Source of the DNA: an uncultured Candidatus Saccharibacteria bacterium
GTDB lineage: Bacteria; Patescibacteriota; Minisyncoccia; Phycocordibacterales; CSBR16-119
NCBI GenBank assembly: GCA_964531475.1
Contig: CAZHCS010000002.1
Coordinates: forward strand, 4,548-68,547
DNA: 64,000 bases
Direction of reading: 5' to 3'
The notes under the pieces were generated by a model that saw only the letters and a list, made by a program, of their open reading frames with translations, was not told the origin of the DNA and made no database searches. A program made the translations under genes and the position numbers. Position 1 is the first letter of the stretch. Each line of letters begins with the position of its first letter. This document shows positions 30,048 through 39,413 of the stretch, one piece after another.

Positions 30048-30447
30048 GATGGTCTTTTGAAAAATAATAACCAAGTGCAACAAAATTTCCCACTAACCCG
30101 CAAAACAGGTCGTTTATTGAATCATTTCTTTCTGCTAAAACATTTCCTATGTCAAAAAAATCTTGCATGGAATATTCCATGACTTCCCATAAAGATGCAG
30201 CCACCAACAACAAAAAACTATTGACCAATATTATCGTCAGAAATCTTTTTTTCCCGCGCCAAAAGGAATATTTTTCGTTAAAAAACCAAATCAAAAAAAG
30301 ACCGCCACAAAAACCGCCAAAGGCGTGCATGAATTGGTCGAAACGGGCAAAACCTTGGTACCAATGAAAATAACTTGCGAGTGCATTCAAAACAAATAAT
30401 GCAAACAAGGAGAAGGCGAATTTTTTGAACAAGTCTCTGCGTGTCAT
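30034..30447 (-). CDS. Hypothetical membrane protein
   Basis: D..MH..GG, LWE..E, DS..DL..G pattern. Confidence 0.7.
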   Translation of the reverse strand: MTRRDLFKKFAFSLFALFVLNALASYFHWYQGFARFDQFMHAFGGFCGGLFLIWFFNEKYSFWRGKKRFLTIILVNSFLLLVAASLWEVMEYSMQDFFDIGNVLAERNDSINDLFCGLVGNFVALGYYFSKDHHGKK

Positions 30448-30470
30448 GATGGAATAATTGTATCATACCA

Positions 30471-30533
30471 CCACACCTACTTTTTCATTGCGCCAAAAGG
30501 CGCCGGACATTGCCCATAAAAAAGTAGGTGTGG
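30471..30533. repeat. REP-like palindrome family A, copy 2
   Basis: ccacacctacttttt...aaaaagtaggtgtgg. Confidence 0.8.
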
Positions 30534-30798
30534 GGGCACACCCTCGACAAGCTCGGGATAAAGAAAAACCCTCGAGGGAGGGTTTTTCTTTACGGCTATC
30601 CATATTATCCTAGCTTTTTGAAAAAAGTGGGTGCGATGCGGCCTAGACCACGGCCCAGGCCGACGGCTCGCTCCCCTAGGACTCATGTTCTAGATAATGT
30701 GGGATAACCGTGCTTTTATTCTAGCAAATTTTCCAGTAACGCAAGACTCGACAAACTCGTTCTTGAAAAGTATAATCCATCGAAACACTGCACATACC

Positions 30799-31212
30799 AT
30801 GAACTACGAAGAAGGCGTCATCTACCTGTACGCTATCGCATTTACGGGGGCAGTCCTCATGCTAATAAAAGGACTTGAGTTCTCGATATCAAACGATAAA
30901 CGCACGTCGTGGACTGAACTCTGGCTGCTAACTGTAGCATACCTCTGCTCCGCCGGTTTTTTCTGGACCAGCATCATAGGCGCCATCATTTCCCTAGTAG
31001 TTGGCCTCATGGGAGGAAAACGATTTGACATCTTTTCCGCCGTACTGGCTCTGATAGCGCTTGTCTTGAATTTCACTATGTTCGGAGCCTCTTGGAACAC
31101 AGAAGGCTGGAACGGCCTCGTCGCCGGGCCCGGCTTCGGACTTGCAGTGATCGGAGGCTTCGTCCTTCTCTTTGGGGCCTACAAAAGAACGAAGGCTCGC
31201 ACGGCCACATAG
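30799..31212 (+). CDS. Orphan 4-TM membrane protein
   Basis: ATG after TATAAT and AC-rich leader; followed by cgccccgac-aa-gtcggggcg. Confidence 0.6.
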   Translation: MNYEEGVIYLYAIAFTGAVLMLIKGLEFSISNDKRTSWTELWLLTVAYLCSAGFFWTSIIGAIISLVVGLMGGKRFDIFSAVLALIALVLNFTMFGASWNTEGWNGLVAGPGFGLAVIGGFVLLFGAYKRTKARTAT

Positions 31213-31257
31213 CATAACGCCCCGACAAGTCGGGGCGTTCGCTTTTCAACTATACTA

Positions 31258-31740
31258 TTATGCTGGATAGCTATCTTTGTAGACGTATTCCTGATCAATC
31301 TTTGTGTATGAGAATAGTTCGTCTTCGCCAAAGAAGCGGTTGACTTCGTCTATACCATTTTCAACCGAATCCGACGCATGGACGCAGTTCGACTGGATAC
31401 TCATGGCAAGGTCTCCGCGAATAGTGCCGCCAGGAGCCTCATATGCTTTCGTTGGGCCGACAATGATGCGCACGGCATTGACCGCGCCAATTCCCGAGAG
31501 AGCCATGACGACAACCGGAGCCGATTTCATGAAGTCCTTGATGCCGGCAAAGAACGGCTTATCTTTGATGTGTTTGTAATGGTCTTCGAGTAAGACGTCT
31601 TCGAGCGTGAGCATCTTCAAGCCGTTGATTTTAAGGCCCTTCTTCTCGAAGCGGCTAATAATCTCGCCGACCAAATTGCGCTGGACCGCGTCCGGCTTCA
31701 TGATAATCAAGACTTTCTCGTTTTTCGGGTGAGTGTTCAT
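31258..31740 (-). CDS. ndk: Nucleoside diphosphate kinase
   Basis: KPDAVQR, PGGTIRGD, NCVHASDS. Confidence 0.97.
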   Translation of the reverse strand: MNTHPKNEKVLIIMKPDAVQRNLVGEIISRFEKKGLKINGLKMLTLEDVLLEDHYKHIKDKPFFAGIKDFMKSAPVVVMALSGIGAVNAVRIIVGPTKAYEAPGGTIRGDLAMSIQSNCVHASDSVENGIDEVNRFFGEDELFSYTKIDQEYVYKDSYPA

Positions 31741-31898
31741 AATAGTTTTTAGATTTTAATAGACGTATATTAGCATTCTGTGCCTCAAAATCAAATTAGT
31801 TTATCTCTTACTTTTGTCTTGAAACAAAAGCTCAAGACTCTGGAGAAAACGCCCACTCCTGACAAAGCGGGTGTCAATGTACCCCCCCTCCAACCAGA

Positions 31899-31997
31899 CG
31901 AAGCAGACCGGGCAAAATTCGAATCCCGAGGACCTAGTGCGAGGCGAAGCCAAAGACACGCTCCCGCAGGGTGAGAATTTTGCCCGGACTGCGAAGC
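31899..31997. repeat. Stop-codon-abutting palindrome, type C copy 1
   Basis: cgaagc-agaccgggcaaaattc...gaattttgcccggact-gcgaagc; sibling at 37483-37565. Confidence 0.72.
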
Positions 31998-31998
31998 A

Positions 31999-34734
31999 CT
32001 ATATCTTCATAAACTTATCCATCACCTCTTTCTCCACCTCATCGCGTGGCCTTCCATATTTCAAGAAAGAAAGTTCCTTGAGCGATTCGACAATGTCGGG
32101 ATTGCCAGCTGGAAGGTCCGGCGTACGGATGTTGAAAGGCTTGGCCGGAACGCCGTTCATAAGCATGCTGACATACGCGTTTCGGTTATCGAGTTTCAAA
32201 ATATCCTGCGTCGTAAAGACTGGCTCGAGACGTTTTACCAGGACTTCAGCATCTTCGGAAGAGATGCGAAATACCGCCATCGAGCCGACGTTCCCCAAGA
32301 CAGCGTTACGGATATCATCCGAGAGCTGCGAGAGGTATTGGTGTGCGACGTTCAAGCCGAGCTTGTATTTGCGCGCTTCGGAGAGGATGGACGAAATCGA
32401 CGGCGTCGTGAAGTTTTGGAATTCGTCTATGTAGAGATAGAACGGTGGGAAATCTACGCCGTGACTGTCGGCACGCGAGAGCGCGGCCATCTGAATCTTG
32501 CCGACTAGGATTAGGCCGAGCAAGTTGGCATTTATGTCGCCAAGCCTTCCCTTCGAAAGATTTACGAGCAAGATTTTTTTCTTGTCGAGGATTTCGCGGA
32601 AGTTGAAGCTCGATTTTTCCTGCGCAATGATCGGCCGCATGATTTCGTTCGAGATAAAGGTGTCGAATTTTGACGTGATGTACGGCACAAAGTTCTCGAG
32701 GCCTTGCTCGCCTGTCGTCGCCTCGGCCGTCTTCCAGAATTGCTTGATGATCGGATTTGTACAGCGTTCGAGTTTCATATCGCGGAATTTTTTATCAGAG
32801 AGAACACGTCCGATTTCTAGAATCGTATTGCCAGAGGCTGGGTCAGACATAACTAGTCCGGCGGAATTTTTGAAATATTGCTCAAAGAGCGGACCGCCGG
32901 CTGTTTTCATGTCAAAGAGCTGACTAAAGATACCGAGGAGTTCGTTGATGACAAGCGTCTTTTGTTCCGGACGCTCTGGATCAAATTCGAGCATGTTGAG
33001 CCCCATCGGACGCGCCGTCGATGCCGGGTCAAAATATATGACGTCGTCGATGCGCTCTTTCGGTATGTAAGAAAGAATCTTCTGAATATCAGAACCGTGC
33101 GGATCGATGTAGCAAACACCGTCGCCGCGCTCGATGTCTTGGCGTATCATGTTCATGAGAATACCTGTCTTACCGGTACCAGTCTGACCAATGACATAGA
33201 AATGCCGCATGCGGTCTATTTCGGACAAGAAAATATCCGTTTCGGTTCCGCGATAACTGTTTATACCAATACGCACACCCGAAGAACCGATATCAAGAGG
33301 AGCCGGCGCGACGCCTGATTTGCCTTCGCGAAGCTCTGGAGAACCTGTCGCGCCGGCCGGAAAATGCACAAGAGTTGCAAGCTCACGCAAGTTGAGCGGC
33401 AACGCCGTCTCGGCTGGCAAACGAAATGTAAACGAGTGCAGCAAACGGTCGATTTCGCGCTCCCCTGCTCGATTCCAGACCAAAGCATTACCGTTCGGCC
33501 GAGCAAACTGCGAGAACGCCGATTCGATATCGTTCATGATCTCGCGTGTACGTTCGGCGCGCGGCGAAGATGCCACGATGCGGATGTTTGCAACAACAAT
33601 ACTAGACTTGATCTTTTCCCCGATCTCACCAACCACGACGTCATCGATATGCTTTTCCTCGGCGGGCTTGTCTTTTGGTTTTGAAGAAAAAATGCTCGAA
33701 GCAAACGCCTTTAATTCTTTTTTAGTCTCGTAGTAGTCATCGAGTGCGTTCTTGAGCGAAGTGCCTTTTTTAACTTTCTCGAGCGTCTTGGAAAACTTGT
33801 CTACATACTTCATGCCAGCCGGCATGATGAGGAATTGAATAGCTGCGCCTTCGCGAGTCTTGTCGAGTTTACCAAGAGCCGCAAGAAGAGCTTGGAGCGG
33901 ATCATGATCAAATGCTTCGTAAGTCAAGAGTGGAAAAACGTCGTCTTTTGCAAATGATGCCGTTGCCCCGCCTACCGTACCGCCTGGAATAAACACATTG
34001 TAGTCGTCGGAGACTTGGCGGACTTTCGCCCCGTGATAAAACGCGAGCACCTGCTTTTCGAGCAATGTGCGACGTTCTGTCGGGACGGAAACGTAAAAAA
34101 CAATTTCTGGGCTGTCGTGCGAAACGGCAAGTTCGAGAGTAAAATATTGCTTGTAAGGGTCGTTTGAAACAACACCTATGCTCTGCATGCCGGCAAAAAA
34201 CTGCTCCATACCAGAGAGAAGCTCCTTGAGGCTTTTCTGTTTGCCATCGGCTGACGACTCGGGCGGGAGCGTAATCTCAAAGAGCGACAAGTGAAGCGAC
34301 TGCCATTCTGGGTTGCGTTCGGAAAGCCCCGGCACCGAACCAGAGGCATGCAAAAACTGTACGAGGAAACGGTGGAAATCGTCTTCGATATGCGGATTTT
34401 TCATTCGAGCAATGACATCGAGAGTGTTCTTGATGCCGCGCTCCAAAAGCATGCCGTATAGTTCTTCTATAGCACTGTCATGCTCTTCGGGCCGCAACGC
34501 AAGTGTCATGGCTTCGGTTTCAGATGGTGTCGCGCGATATGATTCGTGCAAGACATCTTTGGTATCGGCTTTTTTGTAGGCAGAAATTGTCTCGTGCGTC
34601 ACCTCCGCGCGCGAACGTTCGAGCCCGCGCTCGGCGTTCGCACGCTCCTGCTCGGCCACGCGTTCGCGCAAATACACAAGCTCCTCTTCCGGAGATTTGA
34701 ATTGCGTCGTTTCCCTGCCAATACCGCCTTCCAT
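31999..34734 (-). CDS. VirB4/TraG/HerA-like P-loop ATPase (type IV secretion DNA-binding domain protein)
   Basis: RMRHFYVIGQTGTGKT, IDPHG, LYIDEFQ, SEARKY.L. Confidence 0.88.
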   Translation of the reverse strand: MEGGIGRETTQFKSPEEELVYLRERVAEQERANAERGLERSRAEVTHETISAYKKADTKDVLHESYRATPSETEAMTLALRPEEHDSAIEELYGMLLERGIKNTLDVIARMKNPHIEDDFHRFLVQFLHASGSVPGLSERNPEWQSLHLSLFEITLPPESSADGKQKSLKELLSGMEQFFAGMQSIGVVSNDPYKQYFTLELAVSHDSPEIVFYVSVPTERRTLLEKQVLAFYHGAKVRQVSDDYNVFIPGGTVGGATASFAKDDVFPLLTYEAFDHDPLQALLAALGKLDKTREGAAIQFLIMPAGMKYVDKFSKTLEKVKKGTSLKNALDDYYETKKELKAFASSIFSSKPKDKPAEEKHIDDVVVGEIGEKIKSSIVVANIRIVASSPRAERTREIMNDIESAFSQFARPNGNALVWNRAGEREIDRLLHSFTFRLPAETALPLNLRELATLVHFPAGATGSPELREGKSGVAPAPLDIGSSGVRIGINSYRGTETDIFLSEIDRMRHFYVIGQTGTGKTGILMNMIRQDIERGDGVCYIDPHGSDIQKILSYIPKERIDDVIYFDPASTARPMGLNMLEFDPERPEQKTLVINELLGIFSQLFDMKTAGGPLFEQYFKNSAGLVMSDPASGNTILEIGRVLSDKKFRDMKLERCTNPIIKQFWKTAEATTGEQGLENFVPYITSKFDTFISNEIMRPIIAQEKSSFNFREILDKKKILLVNLSKGRLGDINANLLGLILVGKIQMAALSRADSHGVDFPPFYLYIDEFQNFTTPSISSILSEARKYKLGLNVAHQYLSQLSDDIRNAVLGNVGSMAVFRISSEDAEVLVKRLEPVFTTQDILKLDNRNAYVSMLMNGVPAKPFNIRTPDLPAGNPDIVESLKELSFLKYGRPRDEVEKEVMDKFMKI

Positions 34735-34803
34735 ATGAAGAAATTATAGCATGCAAACAAAAGCAAAGAGCCTGACAAGTCAGGCTCTTTGGTCACCTCA
34801 TGG

Positions 34804-35265
34804 CTAGGCATTTTCAAGCTGCCTGATGAATTCGACGGTTTGCACCCCTTTAGCGCACTCGAAGCAGATCCACCCAGGGCTTTGGGCCTTGACCTGCTCT
34901 TCACGATTCGCCTGAGCGCGAGCAATGTCGTCCATTGTTCTTCCTTCTTGCGGCAAGTTCAATCCCGTCGGAAAATCATACGTCAGATTCGAAATGAGAT
35001 CGAACGTATCGGCGTCGATCTGATCGCGCCCCTCAATTCCTTCTGGTGTATGCGACCTTCCTACCTCCTGCTTTTGATCAGGTATGATCTTGACCAGGGT
35101 CCCGACCCCTTCGCAATGTGGGCACGAGACACCCTCGAGATGGTGCAAGCTGTATTTGGCCAGCCGGTTCTTAGCGTTGGGGGGGCCGGCAGTTCCGGTT
35201 AGCTTAAAATCGAGTCCGCGGATCAGGAATTTCAGCCCTTGCACGACGTCTTTCATGTTCGCCAT
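34804..35265 (-). CDS. Orphan hypothetical protein with two CxxC motifs
   Basis: CPHC...CFEC; AC-rich leader, palindromic terminator at 34767-34790. Confidence 0.55.
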   Translation of the reverse strand: MANMKDVVQGLKFLIRGLDFKLTGTAGPPNAKNRLAKYSLHHLEGVSCPHCEGVGTLVKIIPDQKQEVGRSHTPEGIEGRDQIDADTFDLISNLTYDFPTGLNLPQEGRTMDDIARAQANREEQVKAQSPGWICFECAKGVQTVEFIRQLENA

Positions 35266-35276
35266 GGTTGATGGTT

Positions 35277-35528
35277 TTAAGGTTCGAAGTTTGTGTCGAG
35301 GCGAGTATACCTATTTCCCCCGCAAAAGCAAAGAGCCAGCGGGAGCTGGCTCTTCAGTTTGCGCAGGTCGTTCTTCAAGCGATGACGGACCAAACGGCGC
35401 TCCAAGGACTTGGATTTGCGCAGTTTTTTCTTCATCCCGAAGAACTTATTGCAGCATCCGCATTTCGGACCCTCGGGTCCGTGCTGAACACTGTAGTGAT
35501 CGTAAATCCGACCGAAACCGATGTGCAT
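35277..35528 (-). CDS. Possible small basic Cys-containing protein
   Basis: ATG after leader; CGCC; a terminator-like hairpin (35329-35354) lies inside, so the end is uncertain. Confidence 0.35.
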   Translation of the reverse strand: MHIGFGRIYDHYSVQHGPEGPKCGCCNKFFGMKKKLRKSKSLERRLVRHRLKNDLRKLKSQLPLALCFCGGNRYTRLDTNFEP

Positions 35529-35533
35529 GGTAG

Positions 35534-36034
35534 TTAGAGTTTGTTTTGTACTTTCAGGAGATTCAGTGCATGCTGGTCCGATTCGCTCATGGGCAAATTT
35601 CTCGCTTCTTTGTAGGTGAACCAACCATAGCCAACCAGATTAGGCTGATTCAGAACCACAACACCATCAGAAGTAGTCTCCCAATGGCCAAGATGGTAGT
35701 GCTGTTCAAACCGACATCCTTTCGCCCGGTCCGGCTCCACAATCGGCTCGAATTCACCAGTCGGGCTTTTTAGAAACGCTTGAGGCCAATCACACGTAAC
35801 TGACGTTTGAACATAAATGTCATTCACTTGATGAATGAAATCATCTTCGCCGCTCCAATAGCTTACCTGCGGCATATGCCAGAGACAGCTCCCTTTTTCA
35901 TCAGTAGATGACTGCAGGAGTAGAATCGTTGACTGTGCATCTTTTTTCCTAACTCTGGCAACTTCACCAAAACCAGGATTCGAGCAATGGTCGGAGAGAA
36001 TGGCAAAATTAGCCATGACCCGGATGTTTTTCAT
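35534..36034 (-). CDS. Orphan hypothetical protein (weak NUDIX-like layout)
   Basis: 166 aa; ILLLQ..W..P..W pattern but no intact NUDIX box. Confidence 0.5.
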   Translation of the reverse strand: MKNIRVMANFAILSDHCSNPGFGEVARVRKKDAQSTILLLQSSTDEKGSCLWHMPQVSYWSGEDDFIHQVNDIYVQTSVTCDWPQAFLKSPTGEFEPIVEPDRAKGCRFEQHYHLGHWETTSDGVVVLNQPNLVGYGWFTYKEARNLPMSESDQHALNLLKVQNKL

Positions 36035-36068
36035 GGTACGTAGTTTTTCTGTATACTACGCAAATATA

Positions 36069-36836
36069 CTATTTTGTCAATACCACCGGCCCGTTCTCCG
36101 TAATCGCCACCGTATGTTCAAAATGAGCCGAGAGTGAGCCGTCATCGGTGACGTAAGTGTATTCGTCTTCGGTCACGCAAACTTCTTCGGAACCAAGGTT
36201 TAGCATCGGCTCGATTGCAATAACCATACCCGGCACGAGTCGCTCGCCAGTATTTGGCTTGCCATAGTTTGGGACGTAGGGATCTTCATGGACATCGTAG
36301 CCAACACCGTGACCAGAGAGGATTTTAACAATACCGTAACCGAGCGGCCCGACAAAGCTCTCGATAGCGTGGCCGATATCGCCGACACGGTTACCCGGTT
36401 GGGCGGCCGCGACCGCACGCTCAAGCGCTTCGCGCGTCGTATCTATGAGCGCGGCCGCCTCGTCGGACACTTTGCCACACGGCACGGTAATAGCACTATC
36501 GGTAATAAAACCCTTGTGACGCAATCCTAGGTCAAGCGACACAATATCGCCATCTTGAAGAACAATCTCGTCGAGTGGAATACCGTGTACAACTTCGTCG
36601 TTAACAGAAACGCAAAGCGCCGCCGGATACGGATATGACACGCCTTCGGGTGTGTAACCTAGAAATGCCGCCTCGTCGCCACCCTCGGCGATAAGTTCAC
36701 GAGCACGTTTGTCTAGCGCTGTGGCAGAAGTGCCAGGTACGACAAGTTTGGCCACCTCGCGCAAAATTTCTGCATGACGTGCGCCGCCCTCACGCATAAT
36801 AGCTATTTCAGCTTCTGTTTTTAAACGGATGGTCAT
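36069..36836 (-). CDS. map: Methionine aminopeptidase type I
   Basis: SVNDEVVHGIP, GHGVG..HEDP, SAHFEHT. Confidence 0.97.
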   Translation of the reverse strand: MTIRLKTEAEIAIMREGGARHAEILREVAKLVVPGTSATALDKRARELIAEGGDEAAFLGYTPEGVSYPYPAALCVSVNDEVVHGIPLDEIVLQDGDIVSLDLGLRHKGFITDSAITVPCGKVSDEAAALIDTTREALERAVAAAQPGNRVGDIGHAIESFVGPLGYGIVKILSGHGVGYDVHEDPYVPNYGKPNTGERLVPGMVIAIEPMLNLGSEEVCVTEDEYTYVTDDGSLSAHFEHTVAITENGPVVLTK

Positions 36837-37423
36837 GCGCCAAAAGACGTCTTAGAAATAATCTCGTTAGCTACTTCTTCGATTGTTTGTTCGCCATTTA
36901 TTTCAATAAAACGATAGTCTCTGTTGTTGCGATACCATTCGACTGCCGGCATGACATCTCGATCAAACCAAGAAAGACGTTTTTCTACTTCGCCGGCACT
37001 TTTATCGTCAGCTCGAGCACGCTCGCCAAGTCGTGCGCGCGACCATTCGTTCGATACGTTCATATAAACAATGAACGGCTTTTCGCGCTTGTAAAAACGC
37101 ATGGCAGTATCTAGCATGACCGCTTCGTCCTTCGAACGTGGTGTGCCGTCGATAACTATATGCTGGCGCCCATTGAAGCTTTCAATAAGAAGATGCGACC
37201 AAATATGCGCTGCCAAAAAGTCAGGCTGTCGCTCTCCTGTTTTCATGATCTCGTACGCAAGTCCGGCCGTATAGTTTGGCTCTTTGACGAAGTTGCGGAA
37301 CTTTTGACCGGTTTCCAGATAAAATATATCCGTGTCGCTCGCAGCACGCAGGCGCTCCATAAGAAGCGCCGCTTGGGTGCCTTTGCCGCAGCCAGACCGG
37401 CCAATGAAGATAAAGGTTTGCAT
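36833..37423 (-). CDS. adk: Adenylate/nucleoside monophosphate kinase
   Basis: GRSGCGKGTQA, DGTPR. Confidence 0.85.
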   Translation of the reverse strand: MQTFIFIGRSGCGKGTQAALLMERLRAASDTDIFYLETGQKFRNFVKEPNYTAGLAYEIMKTGERQPDFLAAHIWSHLLIESFNGRQHIVIDGTPRSKDEAVMLDTAMRFYKREKPFIVYMNVSNEWSRARLGERARADDKSAGEVEKRLSWFDRDVMPAVEWYRNNRDYRFIEINGEQTIEEVANEIISKTSFGA

Positions 37424-37482
37424 GAGATTAGTATACAGTATTTAGTATACGGTATACAGTATGGGTTTTACGTTCCGACTCA

Positions 37483-37565
37483 GCGTAGCAAAAATGCCGA
37501 TTTTCGAATCCCGAGGACCTAGCATAGCGATCCCGCAGGGTGAGAAAATCGGCATTTTGCGAAGC
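37483..37565. repeat. Stop-codon-abutting palindrome, type C copy 2
   Basis: gcgtagc-aaaaatgccgattttc-gaatcccgaggacctag...cccgcagggtga-gaaaatcggcatttt-gcgaagc. Confidence 0.72.
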
Positions 37566-37569
37566 CTCT

Positions 37570-37767
37570 TTACTCTGCGACGAACGGCAAGAGTGCCATT
37601 AATCGCGCCCTTTTGACCGCGAGCGCCACTTTCTTCTGATTCTTTGAAGAGAGCTTTGTCTTTCGCTTGTTCATAATGCGGCCAGAAGCGTCCAAAAACT
37701 GCTTCAAGATTGCCGTGTCTTTGTAGTCAACGTGCTTTATATTGTTTGATGTGTAGTAATCGTTCAT
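37570..37767 (-). CDS. rpsR: 30S ribosomal protein S18
   Basis: VDYKD..L..F, AVKRAR.MALLPF. Confidence 0.96.
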   Translation of the reverse strand: MNDYYTSNNIKHVDYKDTAILKQFLDASGRIMNKRKTKLSSKNQKKVALAVKRARLMALLPFVAE

Positions 37768-37772
37768 TTTTA

Positions 37773-37844
37773 TAGTTATTAGTGTCTAGTGAATAGTGGC
37801 TAGTGCTTCACTTCTAATCACTAGAAGTTAGTCACTAGTCACTC
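37773..37844. repeat. Heptamer (TAGTGNN) array followed by inverted copies
   Basis: tagttat tagtgtc tagtgaa tagtggc tagtgct ... gtcacta gtcactc. Confidence 0.65.
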
Positions 37845-37845
37845 A

Positions 37846-38301
37846 TTAAAACGGGATGTCTTCGACGTTTATATCATCTTCCGGATATTCGATAGTCTCG
37901 AGTTCTGGGGCTTTCATCGGAGCATCAGGCTCGTTAGAAGAAGCTGCAGCCTGTCCACCGTACGAACCACCGCCAGATGACTTTGGACCGAACTGGAACG
38001 TGTCGACAATAATTTCCGTACGGTATTTCTTGCCGCCGTCTGCGTCCCAACTTCTCGTCTGCAAGCGACCCTCTACGTATATAGAGCTCCCCTTTTTCAT
38101 GTACTGCTGAACAATCTCGGCCTGGCGTCCAAAGACAACCAAGTTATGGTATTCAGTCGAGTCCTGTTTTGCACCATTTTTGTCCTTCCAGGTGCGATTG
38201 GTGGCGATAGAGAAATTGCACACCTTGATACCAGATGGGAGAGCTTTCGTCTCCGGATCGCGGGTCAGGTTTCCCATGACAATAGCCTTGTTGAGATACA
38301 T
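37846..38301 (-). CDS. ssb: Single-stranded DNA-binding protein
   Basis: MYLNKAIVMGNLTRDPE...EDIPF; start at ATG 38301. Confidence 0.97.
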   Translation of the reverse strand: MYLNKAIVMGNLTRDPETKALPSGIKVCNFSIATNRTWKDKNGAKQDSTEYHNLVVFGRQAEIVQQYMKKGSSIYVEGRLQTRSWDADGGKKYRTEIIVDTFQFGPKSSGGGSYGGQAAASSNEPDAPMKAPELETIEYPEDDINVEDIPF

Positions 38302-38408
38302 CCCGTTAGTGACAGGTCGCGGTCTTAACACAACCTGTTTGCTATAGTAGTAATTATTTTATCCAAATCTCCACATCTGTATATCGAGCGACCGTGGTCA
38401 CTAACGGG
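38302..38408. mobile_element. MITE-like element, copy 2 (107 bp) with 6-bp target-site duplication ATACAT
   Basis: Perfect 12-bp TIRs cccgttagtgac/gtcactaacggg; atacat at 38296-38301 and 38409-38414. Confidence 0.78.
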
Positions 38409-38455
38409 ATACATAACGTAAGGTTAGTGGATAATCCTCTTCGTATTGTAAGCGA

Positions 38456-38938
38456 CTACTCAGCTTCTCGCAAGGATGTATCTCCTTCTACCAACTCGTC
38501 AATCTTTTGATCGACAACAGCGGCATCCATTGGAGCAGCATCGCTGTCCGCCTGCGTTCGGCGCTGGCCTGCGGCACGCGACTGCATCATACGAGTACCG
38601 ATAAAGGTGTTCTCGCGAACAGTCTTGATAAGAATTGAACGCAAGATAGATGGGTTCTTGTCGATAGACGCGGCAAATGCTTCAAGCGAAGCAGCTTCGA
38701 GCTCGAACTTAACCCATCCGAAGTATGCAGTATCGAACGAGCGATTCTTGTTGTCGATCTCTTTTACAACATCGTATGCGAGCTTCATAGACTCGGGATA
38801 CTTGTCAGCGATAACTTCGGCGCCCATCGAGGTCAAGGTACCCTTGATACCTTCGACGACTTTGGCGAGCTCTTCTTCTGAAAGAGTCGGCATGACATGG
38901 TAGCCGAGTTCGTAGATTTTTTTATTTGAATCTTCCAT
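38456..38938 (-). CDS. rpsF: 30S ribosomal protein S6
   Basis: YEL..., KLAY.., ILRS; rpsF-ssb-rpsR synteny. Confidence 0.92.
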   Translation of the reverse strand: MEDSNKKIYELGYHVMPTLSEEELAKVVEGIKGTLTSMGAEVIADKYPESMKLAYDVVKEIDNKNRSFDTAYFGWVKFELEAASLEAFAASIDKNPSILRSILIKTVRENTFIGTRMMQSRAAGQRRTQADSDAAPMDAAVVDQKIDELVEGDTSLREAE

Positions 38939-39047
38939 GGTTATGAGTAAGTAATAAGTAGAAAGTCGTAAGTCGCACGAATTCCTATTTTAATAATTGA
39001 TAATTTTGGCAAAACCCGCCTTCGCCAAGGCTAAGTCGGGCAAAGAA

Positions 39048-39110
39048 AAAACGCTCGTATCGGACCTAGCGGCGGCCTCACTCAAGGGCAGCCGAACGAA
39101 ACGTTGTTGA
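39048..39110 (-). promoter_or_regulatory. Putative S6:S18 leader RNA
   Basis: Upstream of rpsF; minus strand GGCTGCCCTTG CCC-bulge hairpin closed by acgtttcgt/acgagcgt. Confidence 0.45.
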
Positions 39111-39139
39111 GATATTATCACGTATGTATAAAAACACAA

Positions 39140-39392
39140 GAGCCGCGAAAATTCGCGGCTCCAGCACGTTCCGGTTCAAAACACGGTTCGTGTACCTTAG
39201 TACGCCAGACTGAGCTGTTGCGGTTCAGGGTGTCGTGATTCCCTTTCGGGAAATTGTATCTAAAGAACCAGTTCATCCCACGGCAGGCGGAGAGTGTCCC
39301 CACCCTCCTCTCCTGCCGGGAATGATTCTTCACGACGATCGATCGGGCCCATCGGGGCCCCTTCTTACAGGACTTCTGTGTCAACCGACGTC
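39140..39392 (-). ncRNA. Putative structured ncRNA B (homologue of 27441-27762)
   Basis: TGCTATAAA extended -10 at about 39398-39406, nested helices, shared 24-nt core, terminator gagccgcgaa-aa-ttcgcggctc. Confidence 0.55.
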
Positions 39393-39413
39393 GGAAAATT
39401 TATAGCATGCCGA

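Noticed and set aside
31999-34734. Conjugative element suggested by the VirB4/TraG-like ATPase
   Set aside because: No relaxase, mating-pair genes or integrase; such stand-alone ATPases are common chromosomal genes in Patescibacteria.
38302-38331. N-terminal extension of Ssb (MLRPRPVTNG)
   Set aside because: Derived from the MITE terminal repeat; the conserved start is MYLNK at 38301.
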